A DNA stretch of 64,000 bases from Macrostomum lignano (lineage: Eukaryota), in assembly GCA_002269645.1 (NCBI GenBank), contig NIVC01000997.1, positions 323,013 through 387,012 of the forward strand, in the 5' to 3' direction. Each line of letters opens with the position of its first letter. The first letter of the stretch is position 1. Of the stretch, positions 12,930 through 24,922 are shown piece after piece. The notes beneath the pieces are model-generated. The model did no database searches, was not told where the DNA came from, and was given only the letters and a program-made list of their open reading frames with translations. A program made the translations under genes and the position numbers.

Positions 12930-13860
12930 ATGATGCTGATGTCACAATCTTCGCAGATAGCTAGCAAGTGGTGTTCTTAATCTTGATGTTCGCTGCTGAC
13001 GTCCGGGAGGATTCGTTCTTGATGATGATCCTTCGCGCTACCCTGAGATCACGCTGGCTGCCCTCGCTTTTGCCGACGACATTGCCCTGGTGTGCAGAGA
13101 CCCCTCAGCTGCTCAATCATGCCCCAACATGATCTGTGAGGAAGGCGCCAGATTCGGCCTCGAAGTGAACGTCTGCAAGACCGAGGTGCTCCACGTCGGC
13201 ATCAGCGACCCACCTGCTCTCACCCTCCCAAACGGCGACGAAATCTCTTCCTGCTCGGATTTCCGCTACCTCGGCTCGCTGGTGGTCTCTCCGGACGACA
13301 TCGTCACCGACCGTCGTGAGCAAGCCTGGAGATCTGCTCGACAACTGAGCCCCATCTTCAGTCTTCCCGTGCCTGACCAACTCAAAATCAGGATTTTCCG
13401 AGCTGCCGTGGAGCCGATTTTTCTCTAACGGTCTCGAAGCTCAGCTGGTCACGGAATCTCGCAACCAGGCTCTCGACGCCACCTTCAGAGCTTTGCTGCG
13501 GTTTGCTCTCGGATTTGGTACCCTGAAAGACTGTCCAACCGCGCGCTCTCTGCTCGCTCCGGCGTCCCGCCAGTGAGCTCCATCCTCAGAACAGCGACAG
13601 CGACATAGACAGCGACTTCTCGGCCATGTGCAACGCAGCTACGGACGCGGGGAAATGAACCCCCTCGCAGTTGTCGTGCTCAATCCGCCATGCAACCCAT
13701 TTCGTCGCGGACATGCGCACACTGAGACGCTTCTAAAGACCTTTGCTAGTGACCTTCAGGCCATCCACCTCACCCCGTTTGAGGCCACTTCCTGGCCCTC
13801 TGAGCTTTTTCGCGAGCGTGTGAGCGCTATGAGTCTCTGACTCTTCAGTGTCTTTTTATC
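12930..13860 (+). mobile_element. 5'-truncated, decayed non-LTR retrotransposon RT (RTE-like) fragment
   Basis: ALAFADDIALV...GLEVNVCKTEV...FRYLGS...LKIRIFRAAVEP, followed by stops and frameshifts. Confidence 0.8.
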
Positions 13861-14074
13861 CATCTACTATCTCATCGGGAAACCCCTTGTACATGAAAAT
13901 ATCTTAAATAACTGATAGTTTTGATAAAACGAGAGCTACTTATGCACCTGGACCAATTAGGAGAGACTTGCGAATTTCTTATTTCTTATTGGATAGAGAA
14001 TGAATATTGAGACGGAAACAACTAGCAATAAAAGTCTAATTGCGCACATGTTTTTCGAGGTATCTCTGAGAAAA

Positions 14075-14509
14075 ATGAGTCGGTTTAAGAAGCCTCTGAG
14101 CTGCAGGCTGCTGCTCAGCCTTGCAATTGCGGTCTCAATCAGCTCGGTGAACTGCACCTTGCTGCCCTACAGAACCAGCCCGAATTTTAACTACATTGGC
14201 TGCTACGTGGACGAGAGCAGCAGGGACCTGACTGGGCCGACCTTTGACGGCAAAAATCAAACACCTGAGACTTGCTACGCCTTCTGCCGTAATTATGCCT
14301 ATTTTGGACTGCAATATGCTTCGCATTGCTTCTGCGGCGATGCGTATGGGAAATACGGCTTGGCTGATGGGGTAAAGCGGATGTGCAACATGGCCTGCTC
14401 TGGAGATGCCCTCGTGACCTGCGGAGGCTTTTGGACTAACAGTGTCTATGCGAACAGGCTGTTTGGTGAGGTTAGGGGCTATTGGCAATGCTTGTGCATG
14501 AAAAACTGA
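14075..14509 (+). CDS. Secreted single WSC-domain protein (WSC-1)
   Basis: Signal-like RLLLSLAIAVSISSVNC, then YIGCYVD..RDL..TPETCYAFC..YFGLQYASHCFCG..YG..C..C.GD..CGG..NSVY (8 Cys). Phase-1 donor at 14466. Confidence 0.85.
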   Translation: MSRFKKPLSCRLLLSLAIAVSISSVNCTLLPYRTSPNFNYIGCYVDESSRDLTGPTFDGKNQTPETCYAFCRNYAYFGLQYASHCFCGDAYGKYGLADGVKRMCNMACSGDALVTCGGFWTNSVYANRLFGEVRGYWQCLCMKN

Positions 14510-15340
14510 AGTAGAAAGATTCTTGATAACTCCTCCTGCTGGCTGTACAGCACAACTTTTATTGAGTGAGCAACTGGTGGAACTAAATTATAGCATTTCT
14601 ATAGTGTGAGGATGAGGATAAGCTTGAGCGATGACGACTGAAGTATGGACCTCATACTCGGCGAAGCTTGTCCTTGGCTGGAGTTTGTCAATAAATATTT
14701 ATTTTTTAGACAGACGCGCAAAAATAAAGAGTTAGTGAAGCGTCACATCAAACGTGAAAGAAGCCTAATGCCCAGTATAAAAGTAGCGTCATATCAACCA
14801 TATAAAAGCTTTATTGGGGAATCGCTAAGATGGCTCACGGGGTAATTTCTGAAATGCTCTTGGGAGTGAGGAATTGCTGACGTAATAAGGCTTACGGAGA
14901 GAATTCTTTAAGATGTCAAGACTAATGGGGATATTTGGGCTTTGTGGCCCTAATAAATTTGTGGCTTTTAGGGAAATCGCTAAGACGTTAAGTTAAGTAG
15001 TTAATTCTCACGACAAATTGCCAATGAATTGACACAAATGCTGGACTTTAATGCTAAAATCTAATCTATCGTTTGTATCTTACCGAGCTAGTGCTATCGG
15101 GACCGGAACTGGGCACGGCTAAGATTTCAAAATAAAAGTTAACCAACGGCAGAAACAGCAGCATGGCTTAGCCAGAGAGCAGTGCTGATTGGCTGGGGCA
15201 AAGGGGGGAGAGGTGTCACAAATAAAAGGTAGAGAGAGAGAGGAATCTTTCTGATTGGTCGTTGCATAGATCTTCTGAATAAATAAATTTCCCAGTAAAA
15301 ATACATGTATGCGCCCTTCAGACGCATATCATGCTCAACC

Positions 15341-15736
15341 ATGCAGTTAAGTCATCATAATAGCTCTAGTCAAATGCTGGCTGTAGCAGCGGTGAGCATT
15401 TTGATCTTTGCGGCACCTTGCGAACTTCTAACCTATAAAGTCAGCTCGAACTTCAAGTATATTGGTTGCTACGTTGATTATTTATTAAATAGCGATTTAA
15501 ATGGAAAACGCTCTTGGTCCTTTGGTACAGCCCCTGAGCATTGCAACACTTTCTGTGCCGGATTTTCTTACTTCGGATTGCAGTTTCGTAGTAAATGCTT
15601 CTGCGGCAATTCTTTCGGCAGATATGGCACTGCAGATGGCAGGACTCGAGTGTGCGATCAGAGTTGCTTAAGAGATGCTTCAATTGCTTGCGGAGGATAC
15701 CTGTCCAACAGTATCTATGAGCGACTCGGTGAGTAA
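15341..15736 (+). CDS. Secreted single WSC-domain protein (WSC-2)
   Basis: MLAVAAVSILIFAAPC signal; YIGCYVD, YFGLQF, CFCGNSFG, CGG..NSIY. Donor G|GTGAG followed at once by a stop. Confidence 0.85.
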   Translation: MQLSHHNSSSQMLAVAAVSILIFAAPCELLTYKVSSNFKYIGCYVDYLLNSDLNGKRSWSFGTAPEHCNTFCAGFSYFGLQFRSKCFCGNSFGRYGTADGRTRVCDQSCLRDASIACGGYLSNSIYERLGE

Positions 15737-17214
15737 CACGCCTTTAATTGCCTCTCATGCAGTTCATTGTTCATCCAGCTTATTCAGGTAAGTTCTAACA
15801 GTAAGTAAAACGTGTGTTGTTGACTTTCGATTGACTTGCTTCTGGCGATCATCACAAAACAGCTCCGATGCGGTAATTCACCAGCTACTGTACTGTTGTG
15901 CTACACTGCTACTAGCTGTTGTAATACGTCCCTATTTAATCTCTAACGCTTATATGTATCCCTCATACACGCCACTTAAAGATCTGGAATACAGGAAAAT
16001 AAATTATTTTAAGAGCTTGTTCTTGATGAAGCATGGCTTTTGCATCGGTTTTACGCTCAGAACAGATAAGTTGGCTTGTTTTTTTGCTCAATTCCGTTCC
16101 GAGTACCACTTGCCTCGTACAAAAAGTTTTCTAGACATTTCTACCTATGCTGCTACGGCAGAGCAATTTTCATCTAGACTGGGTTTCGAGAGCCATTCTC
16201 AATGAAAAAAGAATTCTAACTTCTTCACTTACGATAGAATTAAGCCTGACGAGATGTTGATTGCTAGTCTTGTTCAGCTGTCAAGGATGCATGCATTCGT
16301 ACAAATTATTATACTGTCTGATGCAAAACTTCAGAAGAGGCACTTACGTCTGTCAGTCATTCTGGCCTTTTGTTAGAAACAAGGGCCAACTGAAACTCAT
16401 CTGCCACGTTCGCGTCAAATGCATCGTGAATTTTTTAGAGCTTTAGAAAAACCTTTAGAGAAGCTCCTACGTGATGCTCATCTTGACTCCATCCCGAAGG
16501 TATCATTATTTAGAGGAGCGCATCTTTTTTTGGGGGGGGGGCAACATTGATGCAGACAGTACAAAGAGTGCCACCTCGGGGTGGTGCCATCGTATGAGCG
16601 CCAGGGGCGCCAGCACCACGGTTGCTGCAGCTTGGGGCGCCTATCAATTGGCAAGAAGGCGCTATACATATAGTTTTTGGTCGCAGCCCGCTTGCTTATC
16701 TCCCTCCCTGGCCTCCCTGGTTTAAGTTTCCAATCAAAAAAGTACACGAAGTAGGATTTTTATCACTTTGCTTGGGTTTTGCAGTCTTTGGCCCATAGAC
16801 TAAAGGCAAGAAGCGTATGGAGGATTCTCAGTTTGGCTGTCAAAAGCAATCCTGCTATACTAATTATAGTAGTATATTTCTAACTTAATACGACTTTCTT
16901 AGCTGGTATCCACGCTTTCCAGCGAGTAGCTGCTTCGATAAGCCACGTCAATACCATCCTGGGTGGTCGGATAAGTATCGATAAATATTCGAGTTTACTG
17001 ATAAAGTTTAGCAATCCCAAGCACTGGCTGATATGGATCTTCTCGACGCTCTACAACTGGCAAATTATCAAGGCAATGGTCGACCGAGAGTGTTCATTGA
17101 GCCAGTGTATTTCGACACTGACTCTGATTTCACGTAACATTCTAATCAATGAACTGGCTCAATATAATGATAATAATAGGTTACACCTACACTAATGGGC
17201 AGATGTGCAACCGA

Positions 17215-17375
17215 CAGCTCAGCAGCAGCTACTGCGCGGCGCATCTGAAGGCTGCGTACGGCTGTTCAGTCCAAGGACTTGGGGGTCGCCACACACCCTC
17301 AATTACCCCAGCTAATGCTGGCACCCATTTTACAGCTGGGTGAACTGAAGCAATGCAGAGTTAAGTGTCTTTCTC
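17215..17375 (-). mobile_element. tRNA-derived SINE family B, body fragment
   Basis: Reverse complement matches 47600-47750 (CACTTAACTCTGC..TTCAGTTCACCCAGCTGTAAAATGGGTGCC). A further fragment lies at about 21835-21935. Confidence 0.7.
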
Positions 17376-17862
17376 AAGGCTTGTATGTGCTGAGGAGTCA
17401 GCGGAATGGACAGAATTGCCGTCAGCACTAGCTGATCACGCAGCCGGTAAGTGGACGGCTTAGAGCGGATCAGGGACCTGCCTGTAAGCGAGCGATTTTA
17501 CTCTTCTAAGTTTTTTCTTTCGGCTGGCTGAATTCAGCAGGCGGGTTGTGTAACCATGCAGCACACTGCGTAGTAGATTCGCTACAACTGCAAAAAAGTT
17601 TCTGTTTACTCGATCTGGCGGGTTAAATCCATAGTAACGCTGGAAGAAAAGCAAATAGCCAAGAAAATGATATCGGAGCATCGGTTCTGTAATCAAAATT
17701 AACATTATCTGATTGGTCTGGTAAATATCGCCTGAACTGCTGGTTCACTGCTGGTTCACCAACCTCGACAGTCTGGTGCTCCACATGGAGGGGAGGGCGC
17801 AGAGAATGCTTCAACTGGCGGGCTACGTGGTCTGAGTCTAAGACTGCTGCACCCAGACTTTG

Positions 17863-18372
17863 GAGATAGGAAGTTTTCACTTTTTCAGCACAAAAATGGT
17901 TATTGCTTTCGATGGGAGGCAGACCCAATGTTCCTCTTCTGTGCCTTTCTTATAGCTCTATTGATATTTATAAAGCTTTTTGTTCAGAAAATTAGGATTC
18001 TATATTATTTTTTTGCATGACATATCTACGTACAATATATTAAATGTGTCCTGTGCCTAAAAACCATTACAATGGCACGGCTCTTATTCTATCGTTCTTA
18101 GCTGACTGTGTAACAATGTTTGTAACAGAGATTATAAAATAGATCCATAAAACAGAGTCTAGCTGCGCCATGCATTTTTATGATTTTTAGGTACAGGAAA
18201 TGTACGTAAAATAAAAAATTGACATAGAATCCTAATTTTCTGAACGAAAAGCTCTATGAATATCAATAGAGCAATTAGAAAGGCACAACATATCAAAATA
18301 TGAACACTGGATCTGCCTCCTATCAAAAGCAATTGCAATTTTTGTGCTGAAAAATGAAAACTTCCTATCTCC
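17863..18372. mobile_element. MITE-like element with about 140-bp diverged inverted arms
   Basis: GGAGATAGGAAGTTTTCA..TTTTTCAGCACAAAAAT..GAAAATTAGGATTCTAT (17863-18003) is mirrored at 18224-18371. Confidence 0.75.
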
Positions 18373-19579
18373 GTAGTGCATTTTTCAGCGAAAAGTGGCC
18401 TTCAAAATTTTTTCCATGAAACGTGAGTATCGCGTCCTGTATACACGTTGCTTTAGTTGTCCTTGCGCAGACTTCTGCCATCCGAACACATCCAAGAGAG
18501 CCGACCAGCGATAATCCTTCCTCATCTGTGGAGGATGCCTCTATCTTCACACATTTTCCCTCTCATTGGATCTGCTCTTAGCAACAAAAACATCTGGCCA
18601 TCATCATTAAAGTGTATAGGAAGTTCACAGAAGCATTATTTCATGCAATGCCTACTCGACATGTAAGCGTATCTCAATTAATTTAACCAGCTGCAGTACT
18701 TCCAATAGCGAAGTATTTGCACGAAGAGAGTTGAGTTTCTGTCAATTCTGTATTTCGTTGCAACGTTTGTCAATACTTAACTGGATACTTTCCGGAAATA
18801 TGTGAGCTTCATCCAACATCACATCGATTTTATTGATACCTATTTGTTCAAGCATACTACAGTCAACTCAGGAATAATGACAGAAATATTTGTTTTTTAA
18901 TTAAGTTTTTGACGCCTGGCAAAGATAAGTAACTAATTTAGTGAAATTCTGTAAAACTCTATATGAACGCCTTGCATTTATTTGTTAACACAGCTTGAAA
19001 ATTCGATGCAAGAGACAAAAATGAGAACAATCAATCATCCTTGTCTGCCCTCATTCCTATAGCTCTACAGGAAAAGTCAGAAGTCGCAACAATTGCTCAA
19101 TTTTATTCATCAATATTCTTCTTATATTGCTAAAAATAATCATGAATTTCTGACAAGTCAATGCAGAAAAAGTTAAGAATGATCATGCATGAACAATGCA
19201 CATTAATCGGAGAAATATCACGCACAAAAAGTTTAGCGGAGGATTCGCGCCACACAGTCAATAATACGCTCGTAATTCCGGGCCGGAAAACCAGAAATCC
19301 AGCTCTGAGCACAAAGAATCTAATTAAAGCCCATGGTTCGTGCCCTGCATCTACTTTTAGACATGGAATAACACGTTGAGGTTAACGAAGAATATCCTTA
19401 CCTGGGGTTTTACCTTTCTTGTACTGGTCATTGATCCTTTGCTTAATTCTGCATTCAAGACCATTGATGGGAACACTTCGAAATAGTGGGATTTCGCAAT
19501 AAGAATATTTTTTCTATTTATCAAAGGTACTTAATTATTACGAGTAAGCCATCAAAACACAAAACTGCAGCCAGTCATG

Positions 19580-20712
19580 GAGGGCAGAGAGGGGAGAGAG
19601 GGTCACGGGGAGAGAGGGGAGAGGGTGTCACACAAGAGAGAGGGTCATTGAGCGAGAGAGAGTCATGGGGAGAGAGGGTCACGGGGAGAGAGGGTCACGG
19701 GGAGAGAGGGTCATGGGGAGAGAGAGTCATGGGGAGAGAGGGTCACGGGGAGAGAGGGTCACGGGGAGAGAGGGTCATGGGGAGAGAGATTCATGGGGAG
19801 AGAGGGTCACGGAGAGAGAGAGGGTCACGGGGAGAGAGGGTCATGGGGAGAGAGGGTCACAGGGAGAGAGGGTCACGGGGTCACGGGGAGAGAGGGGAGA
19901 GGGTGTCACATGAGAGAGAGGGTCATTGAGCGAGAGAGAGTCATGGGGAGAGAGGGTCATGGGGAGAGAGGGTCACGGGGAGAGAGGGTCACGGGGAGAG
20001 AGGGTCACGGGGAGAGAGGGTCATGGGGAGAGAGGGTCACAGGGAGAGAGGGTCACGGGGTCACGGGGAGAGAGGGGAGAGGGTGTCACATGAGAGAGAG
20101 GGTCATTGAGCGAGAGAGAGTCATGGGGAGAGAGGGTCACGGGGAGAGAGGGTCACGGGGAGAGAGGGTCACGGGGAGAGAGGGTCATGGGGAGAGAGGG
20201 TCACAGGGAGAGAGGGTCACGTGAAGAGAGGGTCACGGGGAGAGCGAATCACGTGAAGAGAGGGTCACAGGGAGAGAGGGTCACGTGAAGAGAGGGTCAT
20301 GGGGAGAAAGGTTCACGTAGAGAGAGGGTCATGGGGAGAGAGGGTCATAGGGAGAGAGGGTTATGGGGAGAGAGGGTCATGGGGAGAGAGGGTCACGTGA
20401 AGAGAGGGTCACGGGTAGAGCGGATCACGGGGAGAGCGGATCATGTGAAGAGAGGGTCACAGGGAGAGAGGGTCATGTGAAGAGAGGGTCACAGGGAGAG
20501 AGGGTCACGTGAAGAGAGGGTCATGGGGAGAAAGGTTCACGTGGAGAGAGGGTCATGGGGAGAGAGGGTCATAGGGAGAGAGGGTCACGGGGAGAGAGGG
20601 TCATGGGGAGAGAGGGTCATGGGGAGAGAGGGTCATGGGGAGAAAGGGTCACGGGGAGAGAGGGTCATGGGGAGAGAGGGTCATGGGGAGAGTGAGGGTC
20701 ACGGGGAGTGAG
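19580..20712. repeat. 17-bp purine/G-rich minisatellite (GGGGAGAGAGGGTCAY)
   Basis: Tandem units with higher-order duplication; the ERG-repeat ORFs are artefacts. Confidence 0.95.
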
Positions 20713-20801
20713 CCTTGAGAGTCCTGGAGGGTCAAGGATTTACCACTATTTCGAAGTCACGAAATAGTGGTAAATCCTGGAGTCAGCTCAAACTATATTT
20801 G

Positions 20802-21236
20802 TTATTTCGAAACAGTGAAATTAAAGATTATCACATTACCTGTAGTACGATGCAGCCGAGACAAGTCGCTGACTTGATAGACGCTGTTCCTCCAGGTACC
20901 TCCGCAGGCGACTGAACTGTCACCGGAGCAGGGCGATCCGCACTCGCTACTCGCTCCCGCCCGCCCGTGACTGCCGTAAGTATTGCCGCAGAAGCACTGA
21001 CTCGCGTACTGGACTCCAAAGTAGGCGTAGTTCTGTCCAGAGCAGTGCGCGTAGCAAGCAGCGGGAGTCTGGCTGTCGGAGCTAGAGGCTGATGTCCCAC
21101 TTAAATCTCTTCGCGGGCCGTCAACGAAGCAGCCGACGTAATCAAAGCCGACTCCGTTTCGGTACTCAAGCAGTGCGCTCGAGCAATGGAAAGCTATTAA
21201 TAAAGTAATAAGGAGACATTGGTTAGTCGCAAACAT
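20802..21236 (-). CDS. Secreted single WSC-domain protein (WSC-3)
   Basis: MFATNQCLLITLLIAFHCSSA signal; YVGCFVDGPRRDLSG, YAYFGVQYASQCFCGNTYG, CSGD..CGG..NSVY. Upstream in-frame ATG at 21293. Confidence 0.88.
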   Translation of the reverse strand: MFATNQCLLITLLIAFHCSSALLEYRNGVGFDYVGCFVDGPRRDLSGTSASSSDSQTPAACYAHCSGQNYAYFGVQYASQCFCGNTYGSHGRAGASSECGSPCSGDSSVACGGTWRNSVYQVSDLSRLHRTTGNVIIFNFTVSK

Positions 21237-21924
21237 GACTTGACAACTTTTCATTACAAGTAGTTTACCGCAGAAACTCACAGGTATAGCCATGGGAGAT
21301 TCAAGGCACTTTCTATTATAGCCTCACATGGTTCATCCAGAGCTGGATTCATCCCATTGGCCAATATTTGTCTTGTCCTTGGGGCACTGTGGTATCGGGT
21401 GAATTCTTGGCAAGATTTTTATTTGAGTACCTTAAGCACTAATGCGTATTTCTCGTGTGTGCAGTGTGTCTGGGTCTAGAATTACTCGGGAATATCGATT
21501 ATTCTTCCTTACACTGCGCAATATCTCATGGAATTTTTATGGATGGTGGTAAATAAGGGATTTCTGGGAGAGTCCGGACTGCTCTCGCAATTCGAGTGGA
21601 AGAATGGTCGCTTATGGTCCATATTTTGCCAAAATGCATTAGCAATGTAGGAATTTCTAGCTTTTAGGGCAGTTTTTAACTAAAAAGCATTAATTATGAC
21701 TCCCCGAGAAGTCATGCCGACCGTGACAATGGAGCTGGGAGAGTCCACTGCAGATGAAATCAATTACAAGAAATGGCGTTTCCATGGTAACTGCAGAGAA
21801 TTGTGGATTCAGGCCATCCCTAAATAGTCAGATGTGCAACAGACAGCTCAGCTATCAGAAGCATCTGAAAGCTATGTACGACTGTTGAGTCCAATGACTG
21901 GGGGGGGGTTGCGACATACACCCT

Positions 21925-22200
21925 CAATTACCTCTGCTAATGCTCAATTATCCCAGCTAATGCTCAATTACCTTAGCTAATGCTCAATTGCCCCAGCTAA
22001 TGCTCAATTATCTTAGCTAATGTTCAATTACCTTAGCTACTGCTCAATTACCTTAGATAATGCTCAATTACCTTAGCTACTGCTCAATTACCGAAGCTAA
22101 TTCTCAATTATCTTAGCTAATGCTCAATTACCTTAGCTACAGCTCAATTACCTAAGCTAATTCTCAATTATCTTAGCTAATGCTCAATTACTTTAGCTAA
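21925..22200. repeat. 20-bp minisatellite (GCTAATGCTCAATTACCTTA) grown from a SINE-B fragment
   Basis: Unit matches CTCAATTACCCCAGCTAATG of the adjacent SINE body. Confidence 0.85.
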
Positions 22201-22411
22201 TGCTCTCAGTGAATTCAGTGAAAAGTCATCAGTCGATGGTGTAACTCTACCTTGTACCCCTCTTTACATTTTTAGCAATAGCCTTGATGGAATTAATATT
22301 TTGAAACAGTTTAAGCAGCGGTACAAGCGTGATACGTTTGCTCTAATCAGTGATGCAAGGTGCATAAAATTTTGATTTTGCGTTCAGCTGGTACAATCGA
22401 TTCTTTCCTGC

Positions 22412-24640
22412 TCGGGAAACCCCTTGTACATGAAAATATCTTAAACAACTCATAGTTTTGATAAAACGAGAGATGCTCATGCACCTGGACCAATTAGGAG
22501 AGACTTGCGAGTTTCCTATTTGTAATTGAATATAGAAAGAATAATGAGACAGAAACAACTAGCAATAAAAGTCTAATTGCGCACATGTTTTTCGAGGTAT
22601 CTCTGAGCAAAATGAGTCGGTTTAAGAAGCCTCTGAACTGCAGACTGCTGCTCAGCCTTGCAATTGCAGTCTCAATCAGCTCGGCCAACTGCACCTTGCT
22701 GCCCTACAGAAACAGTCCGAATTTTAACTACATTGACTGCTACGTGGACGAAAGCAGCAGGGACCTGACTGGACCGACCTATGACGGCAAAAATCAAACA
22801 CCCGAGACTTGCTACGCCTTCTGCCGTAATTATGCCTATTTTGGACTGCAATATGCCTCGCATTGCTTCTGCGGCGATGCGTATGGGAAATACGGCTTGG
22901 CTGATGGAGTAAAGCGGATGTGCAACATGGCCTGCTCTGGAGATGCCCTCGTGACCTGCGGAGGCTCATGGACTAACAGTGTCTATGCTAACCGGCTGTT
23001 TGGTGAGGTTCCTATTTGCAATGCTTGTGCATGAAAAACTGAAGTAGAAAGACGCTTGCAGTCGCAAAACGGACAAATTGCACTAGATGTAACTAGAGTT
23101 TTCGTAATTTTGTTAAAACATTTGAAGAAAGCCGGAAGCATAGCAAATTCATTTGTTATTCGAAAGTTAACAATGGGAAGTTTGATTAATTTATGGTTGA
23201 AATGACAACGAAAAACCGCGGTCGCAAGTGAAAAACGCACAATTCGTGCGTGCAAGGGTCTTTCTACTTATAATTGTTCATCAATGATTGGCTCAGGATT
23301 GTTTAAGATAAGAAATTTTCTACTTGGCAAGGTAAGTTTCAACGGTAAGTGGACTCATCTACTGTATATCTGTCTTGCTACGAGGCGTCAGAACGATATT
23401 TTGATATAAATAAACAATGAAAAATGCGCCCAACAAGCTTCAATCGCGCTTTTGTCCCACGGCTATGTAAAAGTTTGTCTTCTTCGAACATTAATAAAGT
23501 GGCATGCACGAACTAAAAGTCACACAAAGAATTTGCAGCTTCAGAACTCGTTCGGCTAATGGTACATGTAGTTAGTAGTTTGCCTTTTACGTCAAAGTAC
23601 GTAATGATTACGTCATAATTTTCAGTTTTTATAGCGATTGGAAAGATGAGAATTGACACTTTATATAAGGCTGTTGTTACTTTTAAACTGTCAGGTGCAT
23701 GGATGCAAATAAAACTGCCCCTGTTGCAAAATTTGCGATAGAGTGTTGCTTATGTCTGTCAGTCATCCAAGACTGCAGGACCCAAGGGGGGATTTGGGCC
23801 ATATGTTTCAGCCTGTAAGTATGCAAGGTCTATTTTCTAGTATTGGATTGTAGTTGTTTAGTATGTCTGGTAGCAACGAACCAACCCGGGGGAAATTCTG
23901 ACGACTTTCATTTCATGTCATTTCATGATAACTCCTCCTGCTGGCTGTACAGCACAACTTTTATTGAGTGAGCAACTCGTGGAAATAAATTATAGCATTT
24001 CTAGAGTGTGAGGAAACGCTTGAGCGATGACGACTGAAGTATGGACCTCATACTCGGCGAAGCTTGTCCTTGGCTGGAGTTAATCAATAAATACGAGCTA
24101 GTTATTTTTTAGACAGACGCGCAAAAATAAAGTTAGTGAAGCGTCACATCAAACGTGAAAGAAGCATAATGTCAAATATAAGAGTAGCGTCATATAAACC
24201 ATATAAAAGCTTTATTGGGGAATTGCTAAGATGTCAACGCTCACGGGGTAATTTCTGAAATGCTCTTGGGAGTGAGGAATTTCTGACGTATTAAGGCTTA
24301 CGGAGAGAATTCTTTAAGATGTCAAGACTAATGGGGATATTAGGGCTTTGTGGCCCTAATAAATTTGTGGCTTTTAGAGCAAAAGACGTTAAGTTAAGTA
24401 GTTAATTCTCACGACAAATTGTCAATGAATTGACACAAATTTTGGACTTTAATGCCAAAATATAATCTATCGTTTGTATCTTACCGAGCTAGTGCTATCG
24501 GGACCGGAACTGGGCACGGCTAAGATTCCAAAATAAATAGTTAACCAACGGCAGAAACAGCATGGCTTAGCCAGAGAGCAGTGCTGATTGGCTGGGGCAA
24601 AGGGGGGATAGGTGTCACAAATAAAAGGGAGAGAGAGGAA
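22412..24640 (+). repeat. Local segmental duplicate of 13875-15245 with an about 870-bp extra insert (23053-23925)
   Basis: Long near-identical blocks: 13875-14519 with 22412-23052, and 14524-15245 with 23926-24640. Confidence 0.9.
22612..23034 (+). CDS. Secreted single WSC-domain protein (WSC-4), recent paralog of WSC-1
   Basis: Nearly identical to WSC-1, but YIDCY replaces YIGCY. Donor at 23003. Confidence 0.82.
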   Translation: MSRFKKPLNCRLLLSLAIAVSISSANCTLLPYRNSPNFNYIDCYVDESSRDLTGPTYDGKNQTPETCYAFCRNYAYFGLQYASHCFCGDAYGKYGLADGVKRMCNMACSGDALVTCGGSWTNSVYANRLFGEVPICNACA

Positions 24641-24877
24641 GAGAGACGCCCGGCTCAGCCAATCGGCTGGCGACACTGAGCACATTGGACAGGGGATTCA
24701 CAAAGCCTCAGTCAGGTGCGGCTCGCCGCCAGCTAACCAGAACCGGCTAGAGAGCCGAGACGTCTATAGGGCAGCAAAACAAATGAAGCTTGGCTTGGCT
24801 ACAAACAGTCACTGAAGTAGTCGACTGAGTTAAAATCTGTGGCAATGAAGAGTTCGACTTTAACACACTAGAGAATG

Positions 24878-24922
<45 letters not shown>

